Assembly: GCA_040954595.2 (NCBI GenBank)
Contig: CM082592.2
Location: forward strand, 5,692,208 to 5,756,207
Source of the DNA: Balanoglossus misakiensis
Lineage: Eukaryota > Animalia > Hemichordata
Direction of reading: 5' to 3'
Length of the DNA: 64,000 nt
Shown here: piece by piece, positions 40,290 to 55,200 of the stretch
How the letters are laid out: the number at the start of each line of letters is the position of its first letter
How positions within the stretch are numbered: position 1 is the first letter of the stretch
Program-made: the position numbers and the translations under genes
Notes under the pieces: model-generated
Told to the model about the DNA's origin: nothing
Database searches by the model: none
What the model saw: only the letters and a program-made list of their open reading frames with translations

Positions 40290-43200
40290 ATGACTGTGTC
40301 CTGGATTGGTTTTTCGGCGATCGTTCCGCTCCTGGTTTTCGTGACGGCGGTTGGAGCTCAAGGTGAGTTCAATGCACGCTCGTGCTGCAGCCGAGCGCTG
40401 TACATGTAGTACCAGCATGATATATGGATGCCTCGTGTAGTCGTGTAACAAGCATTCCGCCAGGTGTTTGTGTGTGTATGTTCCATACGTAACAGTGATG
40501 GCAGTGTGTGCGCTAACATTTTCAACTGAAGAGTACAGTTCAATATATGATGGAGGTGGTTTCAAATTTAATGCACGGGACGAATTGCCTAAACGCACTG
40601 CCATGCCAGGCGTGTTTGATTGACAAACAACGTCACGAACTCGCAATACATCAAACATTTAGAGGTCAAGCATGCGTTGCGAGGTCCGGTTCTAATTAAT
40701 CCAGTTGTGGTTTGTTTGAAAAGGGGCGTTTTATTCGCCGTGTAATATCGTTATGTTTCTTGAGGATGCGTTAGCATTAAAACGCAAAGTAATCAGAGTT
40801 CCATAAAATCGATCCGTTTACATGTTATATAAAATATAAGGAGCCATGGCCACGTACACATATAGCACTGTAAATACATGTAATGAGTATAATGTCACCA
40901 TCTAATGGGATATTGTACTATTTCTAAGGAATGCAATCGCAAATGAAATTGATTTACAGTCACGTTCACCCAGATGAATATTACTATTTCGAAACGGTTC
41001 CCCACGGCCTCTTACATGCAGTTCTCCAATAATGGCCAGACTCTTTCAGTGTCGCTGTTAGTGTATTGTGAAGGGTCGTTCACCTGACTGGCCGGAAAAC
41101 AACAAATCGATGCGATACATTATGTATGGGCCAGACCCGTGGGCCTCTCGGTGACGGCGTGGCCGTTTTCGAAGTGAAACTTCGCACAGTGAATGTTATT
41201 TTACACCATATATGCCGGTATATCGTTTGTGGGTTGTTAAATAGGCGGGCAATTAATAAACGCCCATTTCATTCGAATCGAATTCTATCGCATCGCTGTG
41301 CTGTGCTGATAACGGGTGATGCCATCTTTCCGCCCAGCCGGCTTCCGACAAAAGTTTAACACTCAAACGATAAGAAAAATCCACATCGCAGGCAATTGTC
41401 AGGCTAATCTCGACTGATCTTAAGTGGAGGCAACGACCTAAAATGTCGATCAGAACATGAATGGAGTTTAATCGCGCTGAATGCATTCAATGCGGAGAGG
41501 CAGGGGCACCGAAATGTGTGTTGTTGCAGAAGGCCGAATGATACCATCAGAATATCGGTTACAAACATCGTGTGAGCTATTTATAGAAAATGATATTTTT
41601 TCAAGTGATTTTATGTAGTGAATTCAGAATTGATGCAAACGTCTATTGAACTTGGATGTCTAACATTGGCCCCGTATTGCGGTATTCATAGAAATCACTA
41701 AACAAAGGGGAAAAAATGAAATGTACATCGCATCTCGCAAAACAGCGTTAGTGAAGACCACGACAGAATCCATTTATGGGTCAACTGAGGTTAATCCGAA
41801 AATAGCGCATGGCTGTGTTCTATAAAATCATCATAACATCTAGACTGTAGTAGTCTGTTATTACGTTTACAAATTAAAATATTAATTAATACGCAATGGG
41901 AGAGCATCTAGAGACCAGTTAACGTCAAAAAATTCAATGTTTAACATTTTAATATAATGATACATATATCATTCATTTCCATCAACAGGTCCTATATTGC
42001 GGCCATTATCGCAAAAAATGAATTCATAAATATGTTTTACAATGTAAAACATGAAATATAATACGGTATTTGAACTCTGGAATAAAAACAAATGATCCGC
42101 ATTATTTCTCTATTGTTCGTGCAATTGAACGGATAACGGTTTTTTGGGCGCGGCTGTTGCCATCCATTGTCGTCCGCCGCCATGTTGGGTGGAGACCACA
42201 CGTCGAGGTTGACTCACAAATAAACGGCCCCTGTACCAGCAGTGCCGTGTGGTATCACTTTCAACACGACATGTTTGTTGCGCGGCAACGCCCGATTCAT
42301 TTTAGAGGTTGCGTGTAAACGACACATAGGAGTATCTTACTGACAGTATTCGGGACACTCAACCCGAGAATGAAACATTGAACTAATAATGGCGCTTTGC
42401 AAATATCAAGAGTACACATGTATCCCGCTGCAAATGAAAACGTGCTATATACTAGTTATTGACTACTTAGTATTCTGAGGGCGTTCACTTATATCGTAAA
42501 CTGCCATGCAAGCACATAACGTCACTTTCAGTTGATATTGCCAGACGTAGTAATAATACGCTACTCTTGATTAAAGTAGGAAGGACGGTCAATACATTTT
42601 TTTCTATGTTTAACAATGAGTGAGTGAGTGAGTGTATGAATGGATGAATGAACGAATGAAATAATGGCTAATGGTTCGTGCTATTCAACTTTGGTCACCT
42701 TGCATGATATGTGACGATAACAGTCTTTGTGAGTTGATTGGCATGTGCATTTTCGCTTTCATTACTTGTCTGGTTGCGATTTCCTGTTGTTTGATTTCTC
42801 CATTAAAACCGATCTTATTCGACTATCGAAGCAGACAAATCCTTGATTAATAATTATTTTAATGGTCTTGCTTTTCAAATGCGGTGACAACGCGTGAACG
42901 GTTTATTAATTTCGTTCTTTAATATGGGTTTCTAGTTTTGTTGTCTTGGCAACACTGTACAGAAGAAAGATACGAAAGTGTCCGCCCTATCATCCCTTTG
43001 ACTCTTACACATTTTTTGCAGGGATAGATTTCTGCACTCCCCAGCCATGTCTTAACGGGGGATATTGCACATCAACAACTTTCGGGTACAGCTGCGACTG
43101 TCCCCCGGGATGGACGGGCGGAATCTGTGGCATACAAACAAGTAAGATAACACACGCGCGCGCGCGTACACACACAAACGCACGCGCGCGAAACAGAAAG

Positions 43201-46200
43201 TTTTATGGATTCGCCGAGAAAGGGGATAGCTTTCAATGATATTATCTAATTTCCGTCAATATGGGCACCGTAGCTTAGTTAATTGCATTTCGCCCGAATC
43301 CAATGCATTTGTTTGCCAGATGGGAAGAATGAAATTCTTTAATCCGACGGTGTATCAAAATATTTGCAAAACCACAAACAGATGGTATTTTCAATGCGTA
43401 CCTTGGACATGCGTAAAGCGTTTTCAACCAACAATCTAACAGATGAAACTCTTTTCAGATATACCTGTTGATAACCACTGTCGTTGAATGATGGATTATT
43501 CAATGCACTACCACTGCATATGGCCGTGTTATGGTGGAATATTGACACTATATATGCATGTACTTTCTCGCAGATAAATGTATCCCGAATCCGTGTTTGA
43601 ATGGTGGTGTTTGCTTACCAACGACGGACAGTTTCAGCTGTCAGTGTACAAGTGCATGGACGGGAACGATTTGCAACATTCCATTAGGTGAGAGACTAGT
43701 TAAAATTACTTTTCTGTTAAGTCACCTGTACAATTCTGCCGTACAACGCACGCTGTTCACTTTATAATAATTTATGCCGCTTACGGGAAATTACCATAAC
43801 TAGTATTTGCAACACAAATTCTTTCAATTTAACAACCGTGTTTGGTTTTTAGCTAGTGATTGCATATTTTACTCTGGGAAGTGACAATGCGAGACCATGC
43901 CTAAATGATTTCTTCCTTTGTATCTATCATCAGCCCAACCAGTTTGTAATCCAAATCCATGTCTCAACGGCGGTACCTGTTCCCCATCCGGGACCTCATA
44001 CACGTGCCAGTGTCCGTCATCGCATACTGGTACGCTCTGTCAAACAGCAGCGCGTAAGTACCGTTGCATTTATATTCTAACAAAAACGTTGGGACCATAT
44101 CATTTCCTGAAACGTTAAACAGTTTGAGACAGACCCTGCATGAATTGTAAACAGCGATCCCGTAGACCAGGTGACGTTAACCTATGCGTATTTGATTACT
44201 GGAATCCGACCTGCTATTTTGAATAATAATCGATCGAGACAATGGCGGCAATATCAAGCTTCTGATGTTATATGTCTCTATATAACGGTACCTTTAATTT
44301 GCAGCAACCACATTTTGCTTTCCAACCAACCCTTGTCTGAATGGTGGCACATGTGCGCTAACCAGCACGTTCTACGCCTGTGATTGTCCGTCTGGCTATT
44401 CTGGTTTCAACTGTCAAGTCACAAGTAAGATTTGCTAGATACCATATCGTTATCGTTTGCTTCATTCTAAGTGCTAAGTAGTTGTACATTGCAAATCATC
44501 CACTGGGCCAATCGTTGGTAGGATGGACACCCTTTAAAGGTATACGTCCCCCTGCGCAAATGTAATCACTGTTACCATGGAACGTGGAATCAAACCGATC
44601 ACATAATTTCACATGGGTGGCCACAAGAAAAGATACGACCCACATGGTCATTTCAAGCACGCCCTTCTAACCATAAGCTTTTGAACATGTGTAAATCAGA
44701 GTTGATGATGTTAAATTGTCGACTTTCTGTTGTATTCCAGTTACCAACCCATGTAACTCCGCTCCATGCCTGAACGGTGGAGTGTGCGAAGCAACTGGAA
44801 CTATAACCTATAGGTGTAATTGTCCGTCAGCCTATACCGGAACAAACTGTCAAACAGTTGGTAAGTAATTCAACCTCCCCGAACCTGATTGCTGCATGCA
44901 TCTGCATTCATGTGTTTGAGTGGCAGAAAGTAGTTCTCACAAATTATCAACAGACGCCATCTAGTGTAATTTTTCACCTTGTTGATCAAGTATCTGTACG
45001 CCTTCAATTTTGATTCATATTTGATATTTCTTTATAACTTCATGCTGTGTTATGCCTTATGTTATACAGTCACCACTCCTTGCAGTCCAAACCCGTGCCT
45101 GAACGGTGGGTCGTGCTACGTCACCGATGGGACTTATCACTGTAACTGCCCGTATCCCTACACTGGGACCATCTGCCACACTACAATACGTGAGTATGCT
45201 CTTATTTAGTAGGCTCGTATTGACATGAATTCAAACGCTGGACAAGTCATGAGTCTTGCGGTTTAAAATAAATTCTATTTTACAACCTAAACAGTTTACC
45301 TAATCAAATGTTAAATTTCTGTCGCCTCTTTACTTCTCAATATGTTTAGCCGACTGGTGTGACCCTAACCCTTGTCAAAATGGCGGCGTTTGCGTCATTT
45401 CCGGTTCATCGTACAGATGCACCTGCACATCTCAGTATACAGGAACCAACTGTCAAACTAGTCTAGGTAAGTCGTATATTGCCATCACCAAATAAAATTC
45501 AAATCCGGATACATACATTTTCCATATCTTATTTCAAAATGTATGGGCGTACGGTTATTGCCTTATGAACCATAACTACATCAATGTCTGTCAATTGTTC
45601 CTAATTGCTCAGCTCCATCTGTTATGTACATTTTCAGTTCCTCTATTGACCAAAACTAAGATTGTGAATTTGACAGACATTGACTTCATATTTCTCGTCA
45701 AATCTATGTTTCTCTTTCTTCACTGGTTGCCCCATCTTCAGAGGTCGATTATTGTACCCCGAATCCATGTGAAAACGAAGGGATCTGTCAGTCGAACAAT
45801 CAGTCTTTTACCTGTATATGTCTGCCTGAATGGGCAGGCCCTACTTGCTCCGGTATGTACATGTATAGGCGTGTCCCAACCGGTCTGGTGTGTAGAATAG
45901 ACCACCCATATCATCGTTAAGAGGGACGTTCGTAAGGTCTTGTGGTACATGTAACATATGTATACCCCTGGTGTCATATCAAACGCAGACATGGAATAAT
46001 ATAATGCCCCTTCAAACAATCCCCGGGTTAAACTTAAACTCAGATCCCAGGTTAAATTAGTACCAGTATGTCTTGGTGTCGAAAAGTTAAATTAACCGTC
46101 AGAATTACACGTATGAGATACTAATATTGTAGTTGGTTCCCCAAAAAGGTACAAAGGTTACGAAACGTAGGACACACAATCAGACTGGTATAACAAAACT

Positions 46201-49200
46201 CAATTGATAACACATGGGTTTGATTTGAATGTATATGACAAAGGGAATTACAACACTATAATAAATCACTTTCGTGTTGTGTTCGGTTTGTCTAAAGTGA
46301 AGGATCGCTGTTCCCACTGGTATTTGGTAGGGTAATGGTGTTAATGGGCTATGGTTGTACCCCGAATATAAGTGAAACTTATCCACTGACATGAAAGTGG
46401 AACTCTGCCTTCCAATATGGACACGATGAACTTCACGCACTTTTTTTTATTTTCAGTGACCAATCTTTGTTCCCCGAATCCGTGTTTGAATGGCGGCAGA
46501 TGTGCATTCTTCGGGACGGGTTACGTATGTAACTGCCTGTACGGTTACACCGGTGCTCACTGCGGCACACTGACACGTGAGTGTGACTCTTAAATTTCAT
46601 TTTAATGTCGTCTATTCCTGATCGTCAATCTTCCATCGTGCTGTAACCGACAGAAAGTCATGTTAGTATTTTTGCACACGTGTTCCGAAGACAGCCACGC
46701 GGGTTTTGTCTCCCAGTAGTCTGTAATCGAAAAACTATGCCAGTAACATTTGATTTTCATCCCGTCTGCGCAACAGCAACTACGCCGTGTTTTCCGAGCC
46801 CTTGCCAAAATGGCGGCACGTGCACCCTGCGTGGTGGCGCTACGACTTTTTACTGTTACTGCGCTACTGGCTGGACTGGAACCACTTGCACTGAAGTAGA
46901 AACAGGTGGGTGTCGCTGCTCACCCTTTCCATCGCTGCGATATGCCTGTCATTGAATCTGTTTCTTGATTTTGTGTTCCAAACTTACATGGTTGTGTAAT
47001 CTACCTATTTCAGGCGTGAATGCATGCAGTAATAATCCATGCGTCAATGGGGCCTGTACGTCATCCGGTAATTCGTACACCTGTACTTGTAACACTGGAT
47101 GGACAGGGACGAATTGTCACATACAGTCAGGTAAATGAATATTCCTCTAGTGTTAATGTACCACAAAGGGACAAAGAGAACGAACACTACGAGATAACAG
47201 AGAGATAAAATCTCCCATTTCTTTTTGACAGTCGTGACTCCGTGTAGTAACGTGCCTTGTATCAATGGTGCGTGCAGAGTGTCCGGCACTTCCTACATCT
47301 GTTCTTGTGATACTGGATGGTCGGGAACAAACTGTGACGTGGTATCAAGGCCAGGTATGTATTCTTCAATTTGAGTGCAGCCAGTCAGCTGCTGTTGATA
47401 CAATTACGTGTAGAACATGGTGAATGAAATTTCTTAGGGGAGCAGGGTGTTAAGCAGTTTGCAATTATCGCATGCAAATTTGTTTTATCGGTACCTGGTG
47501 TCCGGAATGGGTAAGCGTACCCTGCTAGCATGCTAAACCTTTCAAGACTGACCCCAAAGTAACATGTAATGCAAGTGACCATGGGGGTTATAAACTCATA
47601 GCAGTGCGTGCCAATAACTGACTAATATTTTACTTAACATTCACAGTTGATCCATGCAGCAACAGTCCATGTGCCAATGGAGTGTGTAGAGTGTCTGGCT
47701 CCTCGTACGCTTGTACGTGTTATACGGGATGGATTGGAACCAACTGCAACGTGCAAACAGGTAACTGTCTATTTTGCATGCTTTGTTGTATTTTGTTCAT
47801 TGTCAAATCTGTCGCGCCAGATGAGAGTGACCCCAATGCAAACTGCCAGTTTTCAAGTGGAAAACGTGTAATCTTCGAAGACCTTAATTTCTAGACTAAA
47901 ACTCGAAACCTGAGGAGAGTTCATACCGCCGACTGAAAAAGTCTCGAACACTTTTCGTAAATATCTTGTAAAAATAACCTTCTTTTGGCAGTCGTGACTC
48001 CGTGTAGCAATAGTCCCTGTGTTAACGGTGTGTGCAGTGTTTCTGGTTCCACGTACGTTTGCACATGTTACAGCGGCTGGACGGGAATGAATTGTCACAT
48101 ACAGTCAGGTAATCATACTTGTTATGATGTCGCTTGTTCACTCTGCATTGCTGTGTTGTGTTGTGTTGTGTTGTGTTGTGTTGTGTTGGGCCTTGTACTT
48201 CTTATATGCGTGTGTATGTGAATGTTGTAGTGTGAACTTGCTTGTGCATGTAGCTAAGTATGGCTATTTGATTAATGGCTGCAAGACACAGTTAACCGAG
48301 ATTATATCAATATCGCCAAATGATCTAACGTAAAATAAAAAGTATACATGTATCTCAGGTACCACTAGTATTTAATGTGTCCACTGCACAGAGCCGTCTG
48401 ACAGCCTATTCATTATTTTTTCTCTTCGCAGAACCCACTTTGCCCAATCCATGCGACAACAATCCCTGTAGAAATGGCGGAGAGTGCTTTGCTGCTGAAG
48501 ATCACACTGGGTTTACGTGTACCTGCCCTGATTTCTTCACAGGACTAACGTGTGAAATTTGTAGGTTGAATTTCACAACGAAAATGGTGGCGGTGGCGGT
48601 TCTGCGCATGACCCTACTCAATGGAGCCTCCCTTTCGCTTGTCGTCAGGTAGTTTCTTGTCAGTCTTGTTTTCACTAAGAATCGTATGTTTTTCTCTTCC
48701 TTTCCTATAGCTGTAAGTCCGTGCCAAGCAAATCCATGCGTAAATGGAGTGTGTTCAACCACCGGGACGACCTATTCATGCAGATGCAATATCGGATGGT
48801 CGGGCACAAACTGCGACATACAAACAGGTAAAAGTCAAGGAATATTTGACAGTTAGGCCCTGAAATAAGACTTAAAATATGGATGTTGTTGTCCTCTACG
48901 AGTTGAAATTCATGTAATATTTGCCACATTCTGCTCATCATTGTACTATTTTTAATTCGCTGCCTATGAACACTTTTCTGTTATTTTTTAACTTGTCAGG
49001 ACCCGTTTTGCAAAACCCATGCGACAGTAATCCCTGTATGAACGGCGGAGAGTGTTTCGCGACACCAGAACACACCGGCTATATGTGTAACTGTCCCGAT
49101 GCTTTCACTGGACTCATGTGTGAAACCTGTAAGTTTGATTTATACCAGAGTCTGTTTGATTAATAAATATCTACAGTTTGTTCACACTTACCTGTTATTT

Positions 49201-52200
49201 TACCTGCAGGTCTTAGTGTTACTGACACAGTTCGACAAGTACAAGATGGCGTCTAGTGAATTATGTTCTTTGCATGTGTTATCAATATACAGAGACGCCA
49301 TCTTTGTTCTGGGACATGATAAACTGTAATCATCACGCTCCAATTCTGTTTATTGACATTTTTGCACTCATACAGTTCGGAGTCCGTGTCTGTCAAGTCC
49401 GTGCATAAACGGTTTCTGCTCGACGTTTGGGACTGCCTACTCGTGCGACTGCAACGCTGGGTGGACCGGGATAAACTGCAACGTAGAAACAGGTGGGAAA
49501 TATTTGTTTGTGTAAAAAATCTCTTTCTTGATCATGCACAATCTCACAATTCAAAGTTTTATGAAACATTTGTATTGAACTTTACTATTTTCAACAACTG
49601 AAGTAAATGTATTCGTGTGCAGACACAATAGGAAAGTTGCGGCCCCTCTCTTCAACGAAGTAATGCATTGTTCTTTCGCAGTGTCTGACAAATACTCATT
49701 TTTGCCTTTGCAGCACGAGCCAATCCGTGTGAGGTCGTCATTAATCCGTGTCAGAACGGTGCCACGTGTTACTCGTTACCGGATCACACCGACATCTTTT
49801 GCCAGTGTACCTCGGGGTTTACTGGGTTAAGATGCGAAAATCGTGAGTTATAATTTCTTTAGTTTCAGCGAGTTCGTTTTTTGTGCTATTGCCAGTTTAG
49901 CTAACGCTGACGGATAGACGGATGCGTCGACCTTTTTCCTTGTCAACGGTGTACAAAATGGTTTAAAGTGTTTTCCAAGTCAGTAACAGAAATTTGAGAA
50001 TATCAATTTTTGTAATCTAGATTATTATACACTATTACCGTGGCGTTGAATCGTACAATAACTTTCCGTATTTGTACAGTACGCAGAGACCACCGATTGG
50101 CTATGTAGTGATGACACACAGGCCTATTGTCGTTGTGGTATTGAGAAATATTCTGTTCCAATAATTCAATATAGGGTCACGTATCAGTAAGAAAAACGGT
50201 GTACCTCCTAAGCCCTCAATGTACATGTACCTAATTGGTTGTTTTTGCTTCCAGTTGTGCCAAATGTCTGTTATCCGTCGCCTTGTCAAAATAATGGAGC
50301 ATGTTACGTTGAGGAGGACGGTTTTCGATGCGACTGCAGAACTGGATATGCCGGCAGACGATGTGAGAATATTGTTTATCCTTGCAACAGCGCGCCGTGC
50401 TTCAACGATGGTACGTGTCAGAATATCGGAATGACGGACTTCTTTTGCTCCTGTCCAAACACGCACACTGGTCCCGTCTGTGATACTGGTAAGTTATATA
50501 TGGTATAGCTTCTTTCTGTATAATTGAAGTCACTTTCCAATTTAGTCTTCTTGACCCTTTATCATCATCATCATCGTCGTCGTCGTCACCACCACCACCA
50601 GCTAGCCCACCATTCTAATGCAAAGGGAAACGCGTTTTCCGTTTCAGCTCTGAATCCTTGCTTCAGTAAACCGTGTCAAAATGGCGGATCTTGCGTGAAT
50701 CTTCTGACGTCATACGAATGTCGATGTCCACCGAGCTGGCAGGGCTTCAACTGCGAAACAGGTAGATCGGTCAGAAATGCATTCACCACTACCAATAGCT
50801 ATATAATACCATCTGAGATAATTTGAACGTTTTGTGCTCACCAGGTAAAATACGAAGGTGTATATAGACTATTCATGCGATAAGGTTTTCTTTTTGCGTA
50901 TCCCCTATATGTCACATAGGAACCTTATAAATCTCTCTTCTTCACCCCTCGTTTTAAGGGAGGTGAAACACGCATGCTCGGCTTCGCCTATGGTCCTTGG
51001 CAGATATCAGGATGACGACTTGACATTAACCTGGCGTCTCATTTCCTACCTTTCCCTTTAGAAATAAACCCTTGCAGGAGTGACCCCTGTCAAAATGGCG
51101 GTACCTGCACGAATGGCGTCACCTTCTATAACTGCGCCTGTCCGCGGGAGTGGGCCGGTGTCAACTGCTTAATAGGTACTTTGTGGTGGTTGGAATCTCT
51201 ATGTTGTTCAGTCACAGACTCTTCTTCTCACCCTCTCGAGGCACTTTGCTCTTAGATTAGACTTCCCGAGTCAGGTGGTTAATTGACATTTCCTTCCTTG
51301 CATGACATGACGCATGTCACACCCCCAAGCACGCCCTCCCAGCATACACCTGTCGATGTCCTCGTCTTTGCATGGGTCCAGTTGTTGCGCTTGAATTGGC
51401 CACCTGATTATTACCCGTAGTGGATTTAGCATATTACGTATCGCACCTATTGGAGACCTGAAGGAAACGACGAGTATTTACGATAAAATGTACTTTTTAA
51501 AATTCAGAAATCAACCCTTGTGGAAGCGGTCCGTGTGGCAACAACGGAGTGTGTGTAAATAATATTCCGACCCAGTCATACAGCTGTACTTGTAACTATG
51601 GGTGGACTGGCCCAACATGCCGTACAGGTAGGGGCGGAGAAATAAAATCACTTGACTTTAAGAGACTATACATGTACTGGGAAATATATAAGTGGCAGGC
51701 AGGCAGACAGACAGACAGAGCTGTAGCTAAAACACATAGATGTATCGGGGAGGGGCAGATGCATACAGAAACTGAGAAGTATGACGATGGTGACAAGCAG
51801 ACCAAAATTGACACTCAGTTGAATACTAATTAAAATAGTGAATCTGACAATCGAAAGAGTATATGCAGTTTACCAAAACACCATACTTACATTCTGTAAT
51901 GTTTCAAATCTCTTCTTCCAGAAATTGACCCGTGTAACAGCTATCCGTGTCGGAACGGCGCAACGTGTGTCAATCACGTGACCAGCTTTGCGTGTTCGTG
52001 CGCGTATGGTTACACCGGAACCTTCTGTGAGACAGGTGAGTTGTTTCGCTATTTTGTATAAGTACATCATTTCGTCCTTGCTGGGCGGACCCTCGCACTT
52101 TCGCATGGGGGGCGCGCCCATCTGCTATACATTGTACTTATAAAAACGCCGGGAGCAAGTAGTGTGTATGGGCGAGACCACTAATCACCACCATTCTGTT

Positions 52201-55200
52201 CGCAGCGATCAACCCATGCAACAGCAACCCGTGTAGAAACGGCGGAGCCTGCACCAACAACGTCGTCAGCTTCCGGTGTGTGTGCGCCGCAGGATACACA
52301 GGGTCGACATGTGAAACAAGTGAGTCTTGTTCAGGTTTTGTCCTCAAGTTTCATACGTGAACAAGATCACGTTGTATGGAATTTCACGATTCATATTTCA
52401 TTTCTTTTTCTGTCAAGACTTTTTTTGCATTGAGTGGCGCGTGACTCCTAAATATGCAGACGTGACACCAACAATGTTATGTAAATATGTTAAGTAATTT
52501 GTAAAATGCATTAACACCAACCAACTACACCCTGCCAACAGTGATCAATCTATGCCAGAGTTCACCGTGTCGTAATGGCGGTACATGCGTGTCCCAACTC
52601 AACCGATATCGATGTGATTGCGCGCAAGGCTACACCGGCACAAACTGTTTGACAGGTGAGGGAATGGGACTGTTTGTAACTAGGAAAATGTGTTCGATAT
52701 ATATTCTGGCATTTTTTGTCGAATATAACTCAATATTTGCGGATGGTGCATGTTTCCATTCCTGGTCCGTACCATACCAAGTATACCGTACTTTGACACA
52801 ATGTGAAATTTCGTATTACAGAAATCAACGAATGTAGCAGTATTCCCTGCCAGAATGGTGGTATCTGCGTCAATGAAATCGGCCACTACAGATGCAGTTG
52901 CCGCGCTAATTTCCAGGGATACAACTGCGAGATATGTAAGTCACTCGGTACATTGATTCATCTTTTTAGCAAAAATGCCAATGATATCGGGCAAGCGGTT
53001 TCGGAGAATATTTTTGACCCCAAATTATGACAATGTGAATTCGCTTTAAAATAGAAATCACTAGTAACCGCGGTATATATACAGCATACTGGGACTTTTT
53101 GTCCATGTCATGTCTACCTGCGAGAATCACACGATAAAGTGTTTTTTGTTATCTGTGAACAGATCGGAGCCCATGCGAAAACGTCGTTTGCAGAAATGGT
53201 GGATTATGTAGAATTAACGGCGACACGTACAGATGTGACTGCCAGAACGGTTTCACCGGTAACTTGTGTGAAATAAGTAAGTCGCCAGACTTGAAATTGA
53301 AATTTGGGGAACGAACCATGAGTGCCGATTACGTCACCTAAAAATCAATCTACAGCATAATGCATGCCATTTACAGTTGAGTTAATTAGCACCCACGTCA
53401 TTTGTCGTTCACTACCGTTATCTATGTAGTCATACATGTAATTTCAATTGGCGATTGGCCAATTTATGGAAATCGAACAGCTGTGGTCTGTAAAAGACGG
53501 AATTGAAGAATTGTACTGAATTAACCTGTTGGTTTTCCTCTCATGTTTGAAGATATCAATCCGCCGTGTGCGAACAACCCGTGTCTGAATGGCGGAGTGT
53601 GCTCGGCAACGGCCAACGGATTTCGGTGTCAGTGTACGACGGGATACAGCGGAACTTTCTGTGAAATCAGTGAGTTGAGTCACTATACCATCATGCATTG
53701 CGGGGAACACAAAATGTCGGTTGGCGCACAAATCGTGTCGTTTTTTTAGATTTGCCTCAATCAAGATGAACAAAGCTACTTCGGGCAATTTAAAAGGCGT
53801 TATTATGTTTTACAAGTACATGTATCTGACCACCCCTTTCTCTCTACGTCGAACCTTTCAGGGACAAATTTGTGCAGCATAAATCCATGTCTGAATGGCG
53901 GCATCTGCGTACCCAGTTTTGACGGAACTTCATACACCTGTACTTGTCAGATAGGATGGATCGGTTCGTCCTGCCAGACCCGTAAGTTTTCATTTTCCTT
54001 ACTGTGTAATCCCAGTTTGCCCAAAATGGCGGCATCCGACTTATGGTACGCCCGAAAAATAAATTTTGACTTTTGCGACTTTTGAGATATGCTTAGAAGA
54101 AGAGACGAAGAAATCCTACTGTTTGTTGGACTATTATGCAGTTTTCTTAGACCAGAATGCAAACTGATTTGCGTTTTGTTCATGGCGCTCGAATTCTGTT
54201 ACATGTAATTTGCATGAAATACTAGCATGCTAGCTGCTGGATCATGATAATGGTACGGTGATAAATAAATGAATAAATGTGTCTGTATTGCAGCGGTTAA
54301 TCATTGTGTTACCAATCCGTGTAGCAATGGAGGCGTCTGCGTGCCCAGTTCAGATCGGACCACATACATATGTAATTGCCCGAGTGGCTGGACGGGACCT
54401 AACTGCAAAATTCGTAAGTTTTATTCGAATTCAATTCACCCAAATGTATAGTCTCCTTTTCACCTTTATGATTTCGTAAACAGATCTTGAAGTTAGGGAC
54501 AGTACAGAACTGTTATACTCAATGGTTGAGTCTTCTAGATAAAAAAAAATCTCGAAATTTTGACCGAACATTATTTTCATATACGGCCGTTTTTTGTTAT
54601 CGCTGCAGATAGTGGTCCAAGTCCGTGCGACAGTAATCCGTGTTTCACCGGCACGTGCGTGGCATCGGGTAGTTCACACAGATGCGAATGTCCTAGTTCG
54701 TGGACAGGTGAGAGTTGTGCCGTATATTCAGGTAAGATGGCGACACTTGTCGTAGTAATAACACTTTAGTGACATACAACAACTGAAAGGTGTCAATTGT
54801 CGCTACTGTCAAGGGGGTCGAATGGCACGGACCGTGTTGCATTGATTGGTGTACATGGTGTCAGTATTTGATCGTTTCGTCACCGTGACAACTGCGCCAT
54901 CTTTACAACACTGTCAAGCGGCAACTTCATTTTATATCACAGTCCGATGAAGCGGACAAAGTTGATGTCGGAAATTTTACAGACGTTTTTTTCCTCAGTT
55001 ATTGACACTAATATTTTGAACGATAATTCAATGAAAGGGCTGACTTTATGACGAATGAATAATACGGTGATAAACTTCTGATATGGGAAGGGTTATAATA
55101 CCAGTAAAGCGGGATTGAATAGAAACGTGTGGTTTATTGTTCACAGCCGAGCGTTGCGTTGGTCAGCCATGTTTCAACGGCGGCGTCTGCTTCGTCAGAG

